Assembly (NCBI GenBank): GCA_050302075.1
Contig: JBNLAH010000005.1
Location: 96,001 to 160,000, forward strand
DNA length: 64,000 nucleotides
Origin: Parachlamydiales bacterium
Lineage (GTDB): Bacteria > Chlamydiota > Chlamydiia > Chlamydiales > SM23-39
Direction: 5' to 3'
The translations under genes were made by a program, and so were the position numbers. Shown here piece after piece: positions 37,509 to 48,809 of the stretch. Numbering within the stretch: the first letter of the stretch is position 1; every line of letters starts with the position of its first letter. Below the pieces are notes generated by a model that was given only the letters and a program-made list of their open reading frames with translations, made no database searches and was not told where the DNA came from.

Positions 37509-37852
37509 GGAAAAACTGTAAGCCGGATTCTGTAAGCAATAAGGTTGCTTTGCAGTCATTCATCTAGGGATTTTGTCGCCAAAATCCTCAAGCGATCTAC
37601 TTAAGCTAAAGCCTGGAGACAGCTTATATTAGCTATATTTGATCTTGCTTCAGATGGGGTTTATAATCATTCTTAAGTTGCCTTAAGAGGCTCGGCTCTT
37701 TAAGCCGAGTTTTCACTCTGTCCACAATGTGGCGATTTGTTTTCTGTTACACTTTCCGTAGCCTTTCGGCCCCCAGTATTTCGCTGGCATCCTCTCCTGT
37801 GAAGTCCAGACTTTCCTCTTTTAGAAGTCTAAAAGCGACTGCACGTTTTTCC
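37509..37852 (-). ncRNA. rnpB: RNase P RNA (bacterial type A)
   Basis: Minus strand GAGGAAAGTCTGGACT, GAAAGTGTAACAGAAA, ACAGAATCCGGCTTA; ends GGAAAAAC/GTTTTTCC pair as P1. Confidence 0.96.
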
Positions 37853-38617
37853 TTAAACTTTTGCAAGCCTGCGTCTTCTTCTTTTTGTTGAATCCGTACC
37901 TTCTGTAGGTTCTATTTCTGACCAGAAGTGTATTCTAGAGCAGTGTTCACAGAAAATTAATCTTTCGCCTTTTCTGACCAGGTTCTCGTGTTGAGCTGTT
38001 AAGCTGATGTGGCACCCGCTACAAGTTCTATTTTCAATAGGGACTATTACTCTGTCTTTTTTGTTTTGCAGTAGTCTTTCATAGATTTTTAGCACTTCTT
38101 CGTCAGCACCTTGAGCTAGAACATCTCTTTTGAGTTTGAGTTCTTTGCCTTCCGTATTAATTGTCTGGATTGAAGCCCTAATTTCACTTAATAGGGTTTG
38201 AGAGCTCTCTTCAGATTCTTTTAAAGATCCTTTGATCTTTTCTAAGATCTCTTCTTCTAAATTTCTTTTGTCGATTAAGTCAGATGCAATCTGTTCAGTT
38301 GCTGACTTTTCCCTTTCAGATTGAGTAAGTTCTTGGGTTAAGGCATTAAATTCATCAACCTTTTTAACATTTAATTGTTTGGCTTCAAGTTGCTTGATTC
38401 TCTCTTCAATTTCAACAATCTTAGTTTCTTGATTGGAAATATTCTGGTTAAGTTCAGATATTTCATTTTCTTTTTCTTCTAGCTGAGCTTGAAGATCTCG
38501 GCGAAGTGAGTCAATATGGTCCAGTTCCTTTTGGCGCTCTTTTTTTAGGCGCATTAGGCGGATCATCTTCATATCAAATTCTTGTATATCAATAATTTTT
38601 TTTAAACTTTCTAGCAT
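37853..38617 (-). CDS. cdsZ: Coiled-coil + C4 zinc-ribbon protein (CT398/CdsZ, DUF164 family)
   Basis: IQEFDMKMIRLMRLK, long coiled coil, CSGCH...CEHCSRI, basic tail. Confidence 0.85.
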   Translation of the reverse strand: MLESLKKIIDIQEFDMKMIRLMRLKKERQKELDHIDSLRRDLQAQLEEKENEISELNQNISNQETKIVEIEERIKQLEAKQLNVKKVDEFNALTQELTQSEREKSATEQIASDLIDKRNLEEEILEKIKGSLKESEESSQTLLSEIRASIQTINTEGKELKLKRDVLAQGADEEVLKIYERLLQNKKDRVIVPIENRTCSGCHISLTAQHENLVRKGERLIFCEHCSRIHFWSEIEPTEGTDSTKRRRRRLAKV

Positions 38618-38899
38618 ATTACCTCAGAGGATCAGAATAAGAGTTTTATATTTATGACGTCACAAGAACTTTATATCTATTTAGAGATTCATTCAAGACA
38701 AAATCTTTTTTCAATGGCCAAAAAGGATGAAAAGATGTTTGTAAATTTTTTACTTACATCAACTTTGGCTAAAAGCAAATTGCAACGTAGCGATCAAACA
38801 CTTCTTGTTTAAAACCGTCTAAATCTAGTAGATTTAAGGTTCAAATGCAATTTCGCTTCAAAAAAAGTTATTCAAAGCTTGAATTCAGAGGAGTTTTTA

Positions 38900-40420
38900 A
38901 TGGGATTTTTAAATAGGTATCTAGAAAACATACCAAAAGAAAGTAGAAGTTCAAAGGCTATTGCCTTTATGGCCTCATTAGATGCAATTCAACAATCTCA
39001 TCCATTAATTAGCAAAGAGATTGTAAAAGAGCTCTTTGACCAAAGGTCCCATTTGAAACTGATTGCATCGGAGAATTTTAGTTCATTAGAAGTCCAGTTA
39101 GCAATGGGCAACCTTTTTACCGATAAATATAGTGAAGGGTTTGTAGACCACCGCTTTTATGCAGGATGCGAACAAGTAGATAATATCGAAAGACATGCAA
39201 ATAACTTAGCAAAAGAGCTTTTTAATGCCGAGCATGCTTATGTACAGCCTCATTCGGGAGCTGATGCTAATCTTGTTGCTCTGTGGTCTGTATTAGTTCA
39301 AAGAGTTCAGAGTAAAGAGTTGGAAAGGCTTTCTCAAAAAACAATAGATGAGCTTACTGATGAAGAACATGAGCAAGTTAGAACTGCTTTGGTTTCCCAA
39401 AAAGTTATGGGAATGTCTTTAAACTCTGGAGGACACTTAACTCATGGATATCGTCATAATGTAACAGCTAAAATGATGCATTCATTTCCTTATGATGTTG
39501 ATCCAGAAACCGGTTTAATTGATTATGCAGCTTTACAAAAACAAGCAGAGGAAGTTAGGCCATTAATTTTAATTGCAGGGTATTCTTCTTACCCCAGATT
39601 AATTGACTTTGCAAAAATGAGGGAAATTGCAGACTCTGTTGGAGCAGTTCTTTTAGTCGACATGGCCCATTTTGCTGGGTTAGTAGCAGGTAAGGTAATT
39701 CAAGGGAATTATAACCCTATACCTTTTGCGCATATTGTGACTTCGACTACACATAAGACTCTTAGAGGGCCTAGAGGGGGACTTATCTTATGCACAAATG
39801 AATTTAAGGAAGTTGTTGATAAGGGATGTCCATTGGTTTTAGGCGGGCCAATGCCTCATGTAATAGCTGCAAAAGCAGTTGCATTCGAAGAGGCAAAAAG
39901 ACCAGAGTTTAGCTTATATGCTCATCAGATTGTTAAAAACTCTAAAGCTTTGGCAGAAGAATTGGCTAAGCAAGGGGGGCCTTTAGTTAGTAATGGCACT
40001 GATAATCACTTGATTGTTATGGATGTGCAAAAGGGTTTCGGAGTTTCAGGAAGACAGGCTGAGCTTGCTTTAAGAAAGGCAATGTTGACTTGTAACCGCA
40101 ATTCTATTCCATGTGACAAAAATGGACCATGGTACACTTCTGGAATAAGACTTGGAACAGCTGCCGTCACAACGCTTGGAATGAAAGAAGATCAAATGAC
40201 TGAGATTGCAAAAATTATCGCTCAGGTTTTAAAATCTACAACGCCTACTAATACGAAAGAAGGTAAGTTGTCTAAAGCAAAATTTGAGATTGAGGATAAA
40301 ATTTTACAACAATCTCAAAAACAAGTAGAAGAAATATTAAAAGGATTTCCTCTTTATCCTGAATTGAGCATTTTTGAGGAAAATACCTTGAAAAAAACTG
40401 AAACTGCAAGCAAATTATGA
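38900..40420 (+). CDS. glyA: Serine hydroxymethyltransferase
   Basis: [42 protein letters not shown] 38900 after GAGGAG. Confidence 0.98.
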   Translation: MGFLNRYLENIPKESRSSKAIAFMASLDAIQQSHPLISKEIVKELFDQRSHLKLIASENFSSLEVQLAMGNLFTDKYSEGFVDHRFYAGCEQVDNIERHANNLAKELFNAEHAYVQPHSGADANLVALWSVLVQRVQSKELERLSQKTIDELTDEEHEQVRTALVSQKVMGMSLNSGGHLTHGYRHNVTAKMMHSFPYDVDPETGLIDYAALQKQAEEVRPLILIAGYSSYPRLIDFAKMREIADSVGAVLLVDMAHFAGLVAGKVIQGNYNPIPFAHIVTSTTHKTLRGPRGGLILCTNEFKEVVDKGCPLVLGGPMPHVIAAKAVAFEEAKRPEFSLYAHQIVKNSKALAEELAKQGGPLVSNGTDNHLIVMDVQKGFGVSGRQAELALRKAMLTCNRNSIPCDKNGPWYTSGIRLGTAAVTTLGMKEDQMTEIAKIIAQVLKSTTPTNTKEGKLSKAKFEIEDKILQQSQKQVEEILKGFPLYPELSIFEENTLKKTETASKL

Positions 40421-40439
40421 GTTAGATATAGGGGATTTT

Positions 40440-41030
40440 ATGCCAGAAAACGAATTAAAAAGTCTAGAAGACAGAATAGAAAAGGCTCAACTTTCAAACA
40501 GAAGAGTATTCTTATCTGATCAAGTTGATCAAAATAGTGCTAAAGATATTATTAGGAAGCTTTGGTATCTTGAGTGGGAAAATCCTGGTAAACCAATTCT
40601 TTTTATAATCAACTCACCTGGAGGGTCTGTTGATGCTGGTTTTGCAATCTGGGATACTGTCAAACTGCTATCGAGTCCCGTTATAACTTTAGTTACTGGA
40701 CTGGCAGCTTCTATGGGCTCACTTTTAAGTTTGTCTGCAACTAAAGGTAAGCGACTAGCGACACCTTATGCCAGAATCATGATTCACCAGCCATTGATCG
40801 GTGGTGTTATTAAAGGTCAAGCAACAGATCTAGAAATCCAAGCAAAAGAGATGCTTAAAACCAGATCAATCATTGTTAGTATCTACGCTGAATCTACAGG
40901 TAAAACTAAAGAGGAGATTGATCGATCATTGGACAGGGACAACTGGATGACAAGTGACGAAGCTAAAGATTTTGGTCTTCTAGATGGGATAGTCTCAAGT
41001 GGAAAAGACTTAGAGAAGTTCTTAAAATAA
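40440..41030 (+). CDS. clpP: ATP-dependent Clp protease proteolytic subunit
   Basis: [27 protein letters not shown]. Confidence 0.97.
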   Translation: MPENELKSLEDRIEKAQLSNRRVFLSDQVDQNSAKDIIRKLWYLEWENPGKPILFIINSPGGSVDAGFAIWDTVKLLSSPVITLVTGLAASMGSLLSLSATKGKRLATPYARIMIHQPLIGGVIKGQATDLEIQAKEMLKTRSIIVSIYAESTGKTKEEIDRSLDRDNWMTSDEAKDFGLLDGIVSSGKDLEKFLK

Positions 41031-41034
41031 TTTA

Positions 41035-41868
41035 ATGTCTTATCCATTTTTTTTCAAATATCAACAATCTGGAAATGACTTTGTAATTTTAGATGATAGA
41101 GCTACTTTATTTCCGTTAAGTAGTTCCTTCATTAGTCATATCTGCGATCGAAAATTTGGAGTTGGTGCTGATGGGTTGATCTTACTTCAAAATTCCATTA
41201 AGAATGATTTCAAGATGCGAATCTTTAATTCGGATGGAAATGAGGCTGAAAGTTGCGGAAATGGAATTTGCTGCCTTGCTAAATTTATCAAAGACCAAAG
41301 CCTAATGCTTGACGAGAAAGTCACTTTAGAGTTGACTGACTCGTTAGTAAATATTATTTATAGAGATAATGACATTTTGGTTCAAATGGGTAGGCCTTCT
41401 GAATTTAAATTTAATCAAACAATTAGCATTGATAAAGGGGATTTAACTTACCACTTTATGAATACAGGTGTTCCTCACTTTGTATCATTTATTGAGAATG
41501 TTAGAAATTTTGATTTAAAGCAAATTGGGCCCAGCATTAGAAACCACGAGAATTTTATGCCAAGCGGTACAAATGTTAATTTTGCTGAGTTAAATAAAGA
41601 TCAGGAAATTGCTGTTAGAACATATGAGAGAGGGGTTGAAGGGGAGACCTTAGCTTGTGGTACCGGTGCATGCGCTGTAGCATTAATAGCCTCTTTTATA
41701 TATAATCTACCGAGCCCTATTAAAATTTGTCATCCGGGTGGAAAACTAACGGTTCATTTTGAAAGAAATCAAGATGATTTTAAAAATGTATCAATAGTTG
41801 GTCGAGCTGAAAAAGTTTATAGTGGGCAGTTGATAATGAACAATAATGATGGAGAAACGATATGTTAA
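41035..41868 (+). CDS. dapF: Diaminopimelate epimerase
   Basis: GNDF, GVGADG, NSDG.EAESCGNG, ERGVEGETLACGTG. Confidence 0.97.
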   Translation: MSYPFFFKYQQSGNDFVILDDRATLFPLSSSFISHICDRKFGVGADGLILLQNSIKNDFKMRIFNSDGNEAESCGNGICCLAKFIKDQSLMLDEKVTLELTDSLVNIIYRDNDILVQMGRPSEFKFNQTISIDKGDLTYHFMNTGVPHFVSFIENVRNFDLKQIGPSIRNHENFMPSGTNVNFAELNKDQEIAVRTYERGVEGETLACGTGACAVALIASFIYNLPSPIKICHPGGKLTVHFERNQDDFKNVSIVGRAEKVYSGQLIMNNNDGETIC

Positions 41869-42986
41869 TTGGAATTCCTAAGGAAGTAAAAGCCAGCGAA
41901 TTTAGAGTTGGAGCTACTCCGCATACGGCCGCAGCTCTTATAAAAGCAGGTCACAAAGTTTTTATTGAAAAAGATGCTGGGAAAGCAATTGGATTCACAA
42001 ATGAACAATATACTTCGATTGGCGCTGAGATCAAAAATACAGCTAAGGAAATATATGAACAAGCTGAAATGATAATCAAAGTTAAAGAGCCTCAGCCATC
42101 CGAATTTCCGATGTTAAGAGAAGAGCAAATTCTATTCTGTTATTTGCACCTGGCACCAGATCCTGAACAAACAGAAGCATTGATTAAACAGAAAGTTATC
42201 GGCATCGCTTATGAGACAGTTACAGATGATAGAGGACGTCTTCCTTTATTGCTCCCAATGAGTGAGGTAGCCGGAAGAGTATCTGTACAAGCTGGTGCGA
42301 CAGCTTTGCAAATGGTAAATGGTGGAAGAGGGGTTCTTTTAGGTGGTATTCCAGGGGTTAAGCCAGGTAAGGTAGTAGTTCTAGGTGGTGGAATTGTTGG
42401 AACAGAGGCAATGCGAATGGCATTAGGCCTTGGAGCTGATGTAACAATATTTGATGTTAATTTTGGTAGACTGAGGGAACTTAATGAACTTTACGCTCCA
42501 GCTTTAAAAACTAGATATTCAACTCCTGCCGCAGTTGAAGAAGAGCTAAAGGACGCAGACCTTGTGATAGGCGCCGTCTTAATTCCAGGGAAAACTGCCC
42601 CAAGGCTCATCACACAAGATATGCTTAAAAATATGCAAAAAGGAAGTGTTATTGTTGATGTTGCAATTGACCAGGGAGGTTGTGCAGAAACATCAAGGCC
42701 AACTACCCATGAAAATCCTACTTATGAAGTTGACGGGGTTGTTCACTATTGCGTTACAAATATGCCGTCTGCTTGCGCTAGGACATCAACAGAGGGATTG
42801 ACCTACACAACATTGCCTCTCGCACTAAAATTGGCTAACTTAGGTTATAAACAAGCCTTAAAAGAAGATGTTCACTTAAGAAATGGGGTTAATGTATACC
42901 TAGGAAAAGTAACTAATGAGCCAGTCGCAAATGATTTAGGGTATGAATATATCCCAGTAGATAGCTTGATTTCCTCGACAAATTAA
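41862..42986 (+). CDS. ald: Alanine dehydrogenase
   Basis: IGIPKE, KVKEP, YLHLA, PMSEVAGR, DVAIDQGGC. Confidence 0.97.
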   Translation: MLIGIPKEVKASEFRVGATPHTAAALIKAGHKVFIEKDAGKAIGFTNEQYTSIGAEIKNTAKEIYEQAEMIIKVKEPQPSEFPMLREEQILFCYLHLAPDPEQTEALIKQKVIGIAYETVTDDRGRLPLLLPMSEVAGRVSVQAGATALQMVNGGRGVLLGGIPGVKPGKVVVLGGGIVGTEAMRMALGLGADVTIFDVNFGRLRELNELYAPALKTRYSTPAAVEEELKDADLVIGAVLIPGKTAPRLITQDMLKNMQKGSVIVDVAIDQGGCAETSRPTTHENPTYEVDGVVHYCVTNMPSACARTSTEGLTYTTLPLALKLANLGYKQALKEDVHLRNGVNVYLGKVTNEPVANDLGYEYIPVDSLISSTN

Positions 42987-43028
42987 TAATAAGTTATTAA
43001 AAAACGAAGTTAGGGGTTTTGTATTTTT

Positions 43029-46000
43029 ATGTCTATTCCTAGCTTCGCGATAAAATATAACGATCTGGCTAGAAAGCTTATCTCAGAAAAAAATGTTAAA
43101 GACATCATATTCTCAGATGGAAGCTATCAAGTAGGGGTGTATGACAACGTAGAAAAAATGCTCTTCTGGCCCTTCATTCAGCTTGATGATAAAGCAAACG
43201 TAAGGGATGCATTTTGCAGTTGTTATACCTCTGAAGAAAAAGGAGAGTGCGTTCATTTAGCTGCGGCTTATTTTGTAATTTTTAAAGACTCAAAAGAGCC
43301 GTTAGCTAATCGGTATTATCGTTCGTTCTTTCATCAATTATGTCTTTTGTCATGTATCAGAATTGGACCAGATCCAGATAGTTTAAAAAAAATTACAGAT
43401 GATACTTTTCTTTATACCTCCAAAACAAATAAACAATTATTTAGGGTTTATTTGGAGGATAAAAAATCTAAAAAGAAGTTTAAGGAAATTATACAGCCAG
43501 AGACACTAAGTAATGAAACAACTTCTTTAAAATACTCCCAAATCACGGAAGAAGAGTTAAAGCTTTGGAAAGAAGGTAAAGCCAGTAAAGATATTACGTA
43601 TGAACTATCTTTTTGGTCGGATTTAGGAAAATGGATTTATTTTCTTCAAGAGCAAGGCTATCATTATCAAGTAAATTTCAAGATGTTAGATTCAATACCC
43701 CCAAGAGAAGTTGAAATAAAATTTCAAGGGTTGTTTGAGATATTTTTTTACATCTCTGAAAGTAGCTTAAAGTATGTAATCCCATCACTTAAGACTATTG
43801 TCTCACCAATAAAGGTAATAGAACAAACTCAGCAGCGCATTTCAGAAATAGTATTTCATGAAAAAGAGAAAGCTTTTGAAATTATCAGCAAACCGTTTGA
43901 AGAGAAGCTAGAAAAAAAAGGGTATTCAATAGGTGAGTGGGAATATATTAAGAATGTGGGGTTTTATAAAAAGTCTTTAGATCCTCTAGCTGAAAAAAAA
44001 TGGATCAAACAAGAGGAAATTTCATTTTATCTCTCCGAATACCTGCAAACTTTTCAAGAAAAATTAAAGAAATATGATATTTATCCCCATGGGATAGAAC
44101 CTAGCTATCACCTTTTTTTTGATGAAAAAGGCAATTTACATATTCAGATGTATATTTTTGATTTAAAGATATGCTTTGAAGAAGAAACTTTTCTATCTTG
44201 CCCGTGGCTTTTCCTAAAAGATAAAGGGTTTTACTTACTAAAAGATCCAATGTTTTTTAATATTGAGACTGTAGTCAAAAAAAATGAAATATCAGATTTT
44301 ATTCACAAACACCGATTATGGCTTCATCAGTTTGAGGGCTTTCATACACATTATGGAGTTTTGCCGACTCAGTTTTTTTATAAGTTGACAAGTGATAGAG
44401 AGCTTGAATTTCTGTTAAGAATTGATTTGCCTCAAAGTCCTGATAAATTTGTAGATTTAGACGACTGGCTATATGTAGAAGGCCATGGATTTTATTTAAA
44501 GAAGGACTCGATAGGGACTTTCCCGATAAGATCAGGGCTAAAGATAAGCAAAGATGATGTATCCGAATTTATTGAATCTCATGTAACTGAACTTGAATCT
44601 GTAAATGGTTTTTTTGCAAGTAATACACCAATTGAAGATGCAAAGTTAAAGATTTATACAGAAAATGACCAAATTGTAGTGGACCCTATAATCCATTTTA
44701 AAAGCGGGTATGATGCTTCAAAAGTTATTTTTTTTGGTAAATATGTATATGTAGAAAATGAAGGTTTTTCAAAAATTCCTATTCAAAAAAATATTTTTGA
44801 GAGATTTTGGAAAAGGACAATAATACCTGAAGATAAGATTCTTTATTTTCTAAACTATGAGTTAGATTATCTAAGACAAAGTATTGATTCTTTAGATAAA
44901 AGTCTCAATAAACCTGCCAGATTACACTTAAAAATAAAAAGCCTAAAAAAAGAGATCAAAAGATCCAAAATATCTTGGCTAGTAGATTTATCATATAAAT
45001 CTGACTTGGGAGAGGTAAGTGTTGTAAAGCTTTGGGAGTATATTCAGGAGAAAAGAAAATTTGCTTACACAAACGCAGGTTTTTTAAGCTTAATAGACCA
45101 TAGATACAACTGGATTTCTCAAATAAACAAAAGAAAGATCAATCTTAATAAAAAATATATCAGATTAAATACACTAGAGTTTATTCGTTTGTGCATTTAT
45201 GAAAAAATCAAACCGCCTAGAGGTGCATCTAAAGAAGCTAAGGCTGCAAGGGAATTCATCCAAAATATTTTTTCAATAGAAACTGATAAAACGATTGATT
45301 TGTCATATTTAAAATCCACTTTATGGCCATATCAAGAAATGGGTGTTAAATGGCTTTGGTTTTTATATTCGTATGGACTTTCAGGGCTTTTATGTGATGA
45401 CATGGGGCTTGGTAAGACTCACCAAGCAATGGCGCTCTTAAGTGCTGTTTTGTTTGTAGATTCGGACCGTACAAATAAATATCTGGTTATTTGTCCAACT
45501 TCAGTGATTTATCACTGGGAAAACCTTTTTAAAAAGTATCTACCAGAAATCAGAGTGCTGACGTATTACGGAGTTGAGAGGTCTTTAGATAATTTCGAGG
45601 ATAGTTATGATTTAATCTTAACTTCTTATGGAACCCTTAGAGCCAGTATGGAAAATCTGAAGAAGTATAATTTTGAAGTTTCGATTTTCGATGAAATACA
45701 GGTAGCTAAAAATCCAAGCTCCCAAACACATAGGTCGCTAAAAGCTTTAAAATCCAGCGTTGTAATCGGTTTGACCGGTACGCCTATTGAAAACAGTTTG
45801 AGAGAATTGAAAGCTCTATTTGATTTAATACTGCCATCTTATATGCCGTCTGATAGTGTTTTCAGAGATCTTTTTTTGAACCCAATTGAAAAAAATGAGG
45901 ATAAAGAAAAAAAAGAGCTGTTATCTAAATTGATTAATCCGTTTGTGCTTAGAAGAAAAAAGGTTGATGTTTTAACAGATCTTCCAGAAAAAATTGAAGA

Positions 46001-46748
46001 GCTTGCATATTGTAAACTGTCTGAAGAGCAAGAAGATTTGTATAATATGCATTTAAGAAAAAAACGAAATGAGTTGATTGATATTTTAAAAAAGGAAGAA
46101 GATCCTATTCCTTACATGCATATTTTTGCTTTATTCACCAAACTAAAGCAAATTTGTGATCATCCTGCCTTGTTTCATAAGGATTCCTCGAATTATCAGA
46201 AATACCAAAGCGGCAAATGGGAGCTTTTTGTAGAGCTTTTACAAGAAGCTAAAGAGAGCAATCAGAAAGTGGTAATATTTTCCCAATACTTAGAAATGAT
46301 AGAGATCATTGAAAAGTATCTTAGGAAAAAAAATATTAATTATGGAGTTATTAAAGGATCCACTAAAAATCGTTATCAGCAAATTCAAAAGTTTCAAACT
46401 GATCCTAATTGTCAAGTATTTGTGGCTTCACTTTTAGCAGCTGGTGTGGGAATTGACTTAACTGCAGGATCTGTAGTTATTCATTATGACAGATGGTGGA
46501 ATCCAGCCAAGGAAAATCAGGCTACTGACAGAGTGCATCGAATCGGTCAAAATAGGGGCGTACAAGTCTTTAAGCTGATTACAAAGGGCACAATAGAAGA
46601 ACATATTCATAAGCTAATTGAAAAAAAGCACGGGTTAATGGAGGAGCTTATTGGCCAAGATGAAAGTGATCAAATCAAAAGGCTTACTAGAGATGAACTA
46701 TTAGAAGTCTTAGAGCAAACAAAAGGAAGCTACTTAGATCAAACCTGA
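43029..46748 (+). CDS. SWIM zinc finger + SNF2-family helicase
   Basis: CSC..CVH, DDMGLGKT, DEIQ, LTGTPIEN, QATDRVHRIGQ. Confidence 0.95.
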   Translation: MSIPSFAIKYNDLARKLISEKNVKDIIFSDGSYQVGVYDNVEKMLFWPFIQLDDKANVRDAFCSCYTSEEKGECVHLAAAYFVIFKDSKEPLANRYYRSFFHQLCLLSCIRIGPDPDSLKKITDDTFLYTSKTNKQLFRVYLEDKKSKKKFKEIIQPETLSNETTSLKYSQITEEELKLWKEGKASKDITYELSFWSDLGKWIYFLQEQGYHYQVNFKMLDSIPPREVEIKFQGLFEIFFYISESSLKYVIPSLKTIVSPIKVIEQTQQRISEIVFHEKEKAFEIISKPFEEKLEKKGYSIGEWEYIKNVGFYKKSLDPLAEKKWIKQEEISFYLSEYLQTFQEKLKKYDIYPHGIEPSYHLFFDEKGNLHIQMYIFDLKICFEEETFLSCPWLFLKDKGFYLLKDPMFFNIETVVKKNEISDFIHKHRLWLHQFEGFHTHYGVLPTQFFYKLTSDRELEFLLRIDLPQSPDKFVDLDDWLYVEGHGFYLKKDSIGTFPIRSGLKISKDDVSEFIESHVTELESVNGFFASNTPIEDAKLKIYTENDQIVVDPIIHFKSGYDASKVIFFGKYVYVENEGFSKIPIQKNIFERFWKRTIIPEDKILYFLNYELDYLRQSIDSLDKSLNKPARLHLKIKSLKKEIKRSKISWLVDLSYKSDLGEVSVVKLWEYIQEKRKFAYTNAGFLSLIDHRYNWISQINKRKINLNKKYIRLNTLEFIRLCIYEKIKPPRGASKEAKAAREFIQNIFSIETDKTIDLSYLKSTLWPYQEMGVKWLWFLYSYGLSGLLCDDMGLGKTHQAMALLSAVLFVDSDRTNKYLVICPTSVIYHWENLFKKYLPEIRVLTYYGVERSLDNFEDSYDLILTSYGTLRASMENLKKYNFEVSIFDEIQVAKNPSSQTHRSLKALKSSVVIGLTGTPIENSLRELKALFDLILPSYMPSDSVFRDLFLNPIEKNEDKEKKELLSKLINPFVLRRKKVDVLTDLPEKIEELAYCKLSEEQEDLYNMHLRKKRNELIDILKKEEDPIPYMHIFALFTKLKQICDHPALFHKDSSNYQKYQSGKWELFVELLQEAKESNQKVVIFSQYLEMIEIIEKYLRKKNINYGVIKGSTKNRYQQIQKFQTDPNCQVFVASLLAAGVGIDLTAGSVVIHYDRWWNPAKENQATDRVHRIGQNRGVQVFKLITKGTIEEHIHKLIEKKHGLMEELIGQDESDQIKRLTRDELLEVLEQTKGSYLDQT

Positions 46749-46804
46749 TTAAAACTTATCTTTCAACCTTGCTTACTTTTAATTAAAAATGTTAACGAGA
46801 AGTT

Positions 46805-47878
46805 ATGGAAGAGAAAAAAGACATTGTTTTAATTACCGGTTGTACAGGCACAATTGGATTCCGCTGTGCTGAAAAATTAACCTCTGAGTACCAAATAATA
46901 GGCGTTGATGTTTTTTTGGTGGGTCATTTACCTGGTATTGATTTAGTGGGTATTGATTTAGCTTCAGAAAAAAACATAGAAGAACATTTGGATCTAATTC
47001 AGGAAAGATTTGGAAACAAGATAGTATCTGTAGTTCATTTGGCCGCATACTATAGTTTTACAAAAGGAGGATGGAAAAAATATCAGCAGATTACGATAGA
47101 CGGTACCAAAAATCTTATTGAGGGACTATTAAAACGATTTGAGGTAGGTCAGTTTATTTTTTCTAGCTCTATGTTAGTTCATGCTCCTTGTGAAAAAGGA
47201 GAGAAAATTAATGAACTATCTCCAATTGAACCTAAATGGAATTATCCAAAGTCTAAAGTGATAACTGAAGATATAGTTCGAGATCTCAAGGGAAAAATTC
47301 CATATGTCATTCTTAGAATAGCTGGAGTATATGATGATGAGTGTCACTCTATTCCATTAGCTCAACAGACCCAAAGAATTTATGAAAATAAATTAGAAGC
47401 TCATTTATTTCCTGGTGATTTGACGCATGGAGCCGCTTTTGTTCATCTAGAAGATGTAGTTGAAGCTATATATTTAAGCATTAAAAAAAGAAAAGAGTTG
47501 CCTGAGGAATTAGTTCTATTGATTGGAGAGCCGAACACTTTAAGTTACGGAAAGCTGCAAGAGGCAATTTCCAAAGAAATTTTCAACAAGAAATGGAAGA
47601 CTTACCAAATCCCTAAACCTCTAGCAATAATAGGAGCTTGGATAAAACAGCATATGCCATTTATGAAGAAGGGATTTATCCAACCTTGGATGATCCCAAT
47701 GGCTGATGATAACTATGAGTTAGATATATCCCAAGCTGAAAAATATTTAGGATGGCATCCAAAAAAAACTCTTAAAGATACTATTCCAAAATGGATCGAT
47801 TTATTAAAAAGAGAGCCTCTTGTTTGGTATGACATAAATAAGCTTCACTTCTCAGGAAAGGTAAAAGAACGTGATTGA
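46805..47878 (+). CDS. NAD-dependent epimerase/dehydratase (extended SDR)
   Basis: ITGCTGTIG, HLAAYY, FSSS, YPKSK. Confidence 0.9.
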   Translation: MEEKKDIVLITGCTGTIGFRCAEKLTSEYQIIGVDVFLVGHLPGIDLVGIDLASEKNIEEHLDLIQERFGNKIVSVVHLAAYYSFTKGGWKKYQQITIDGTKNLIEGLLKRFEVGQFIFSSSMLVHAPCEKGEKINELSPIEPKWNYPKSKVITEDIVRDLKGKIPYVILRIAGVYDDECHSIPLAQQTQRIYENKLEAHLFPGDLTHGAAFVHLEDVVEAIYLSIKKRKELPEELVLLIGEPNTLSYGKLQEAISKEIFNKKWKTYQIPKPLAIIGAWIKQHMPFMKKGFIQPWMIPMADDNYELDISQAEKYLGWHPKKTLKDTIPKWIDLLKREPLVWYDINKLHFSGKVKERD

Positions 47879-48737
47879 CCGAAAAAGAAGAGAGTTTTCT
47901 TTTGTCCTTTTAGCAATTGGCCTTTGGTTGATTGCAACTCCAATTACATATAATTTTTATCAAATAGCTTTTTATAATGACCTGATTTGTGGCGCTTTAC
48001 TAGTATTATTTGGATTGATAGCTTTGGTAAATCTTACTTCAATTTATTTTATCCCTTTTTTATTGATTGGTCTTTGGTTACATTTTGCTCCACTTCTTTT
48101 TTGGTACCCAAAAAGCATTAATTATCTTAACGATACTCTTATGGGGACAGTTGTTTCAATTATTGCTTTTGGCTTTCTTCAAAAAAGTGAACAACAAAAA
48201 GAAGAATATTCACCATCATCTTGGACTCATAGAGTTCCAACTATTTTCATAGCACTTATCTGCTGGTTATTAGCTAGATATTTAGATGCCTATCAATTAG
48301 GGTATATTGACAAAGTATGGGATCCTTTTTTTAAAAGTGGAACAGAAAAGGTACTTACATCAAGTGTGTCCAAAGCATTTCCTATTCCGGATGCAGGTCT
48401 TGGAGCTTATGCATATTTTCTAGAGGCCTTACTTGCTTGGCAAGGTGGAGAAGATAGGTGGAAAAACATGCCATGGGTAGTCTTATTATTTGGAATTTTA
48501 GCGTTTCCTGTTGGGATAACTAGTATAGTTCTTATCATTCTACAGCCGCTTGTTGTCGGTTCTTGGTGTTTCATATGTCTTTTAATAGCATTTCTAATGC
48601 TTATGATAGTTCTTCTTTCTATTAAAGAAGTCATTGCTGTTTTTAGATGCATTAAGGTGCAGGTTGTGCAAAAAAAATCTATCTGGAAGTTTATTGTTTT
48701 TGGTGATGCCACAATGGAACTTCCAAATATTAAGTAA
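47871..48737 (+). CDS. SPW-repeat-like + vitamin K epoxide reductase (VKOR) family membrane protein
   Basis: GLWL..P repeats, YQLGYI..VWDPFF, VLTS..S, PDAGLG, WCFIC (CxxC). Confidence 0.8.
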   Translation: MIDRKRREFSFVLLAIGLWLIATPITYNFYQIAFYNDLICGALLVLFGLIALVNLTSIYFIPFLLIGLWLHFAPLLFWYPKSINYLNDTLMGTVVSIIAFGFLQKSEQQKEEYSPSSWTHRVPTIFIALICWLLARYLDAYQLGYIDKVWDPFFKSGTEKVLTSSVSKAFPIPDAGLGAYAYFLEALLAWQGGEDRWKNMPWVVLLFGILAFPVGITSIVLIILQPLVVGSWCFICLLIAFLMLMIVLLSIKEVIAVFRCIKVQVVQKKSIWKFIVFGDATMELPNIK

Positions 48738-48809
48738 TACAGCTTAACCTATAGAAACAGGATTATTTATATAATGATAAGCTCATAAGACTTTTGATTT
48801 TAAAGAAAC

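Noticed and set aside
43029..46748. SNF2 helicase as a defence or novel system
   Set aside because: SWIM-SNF2 proteins are known in chlamydiae, and it sits in a housekeeping run with no methylase or nuclease partners
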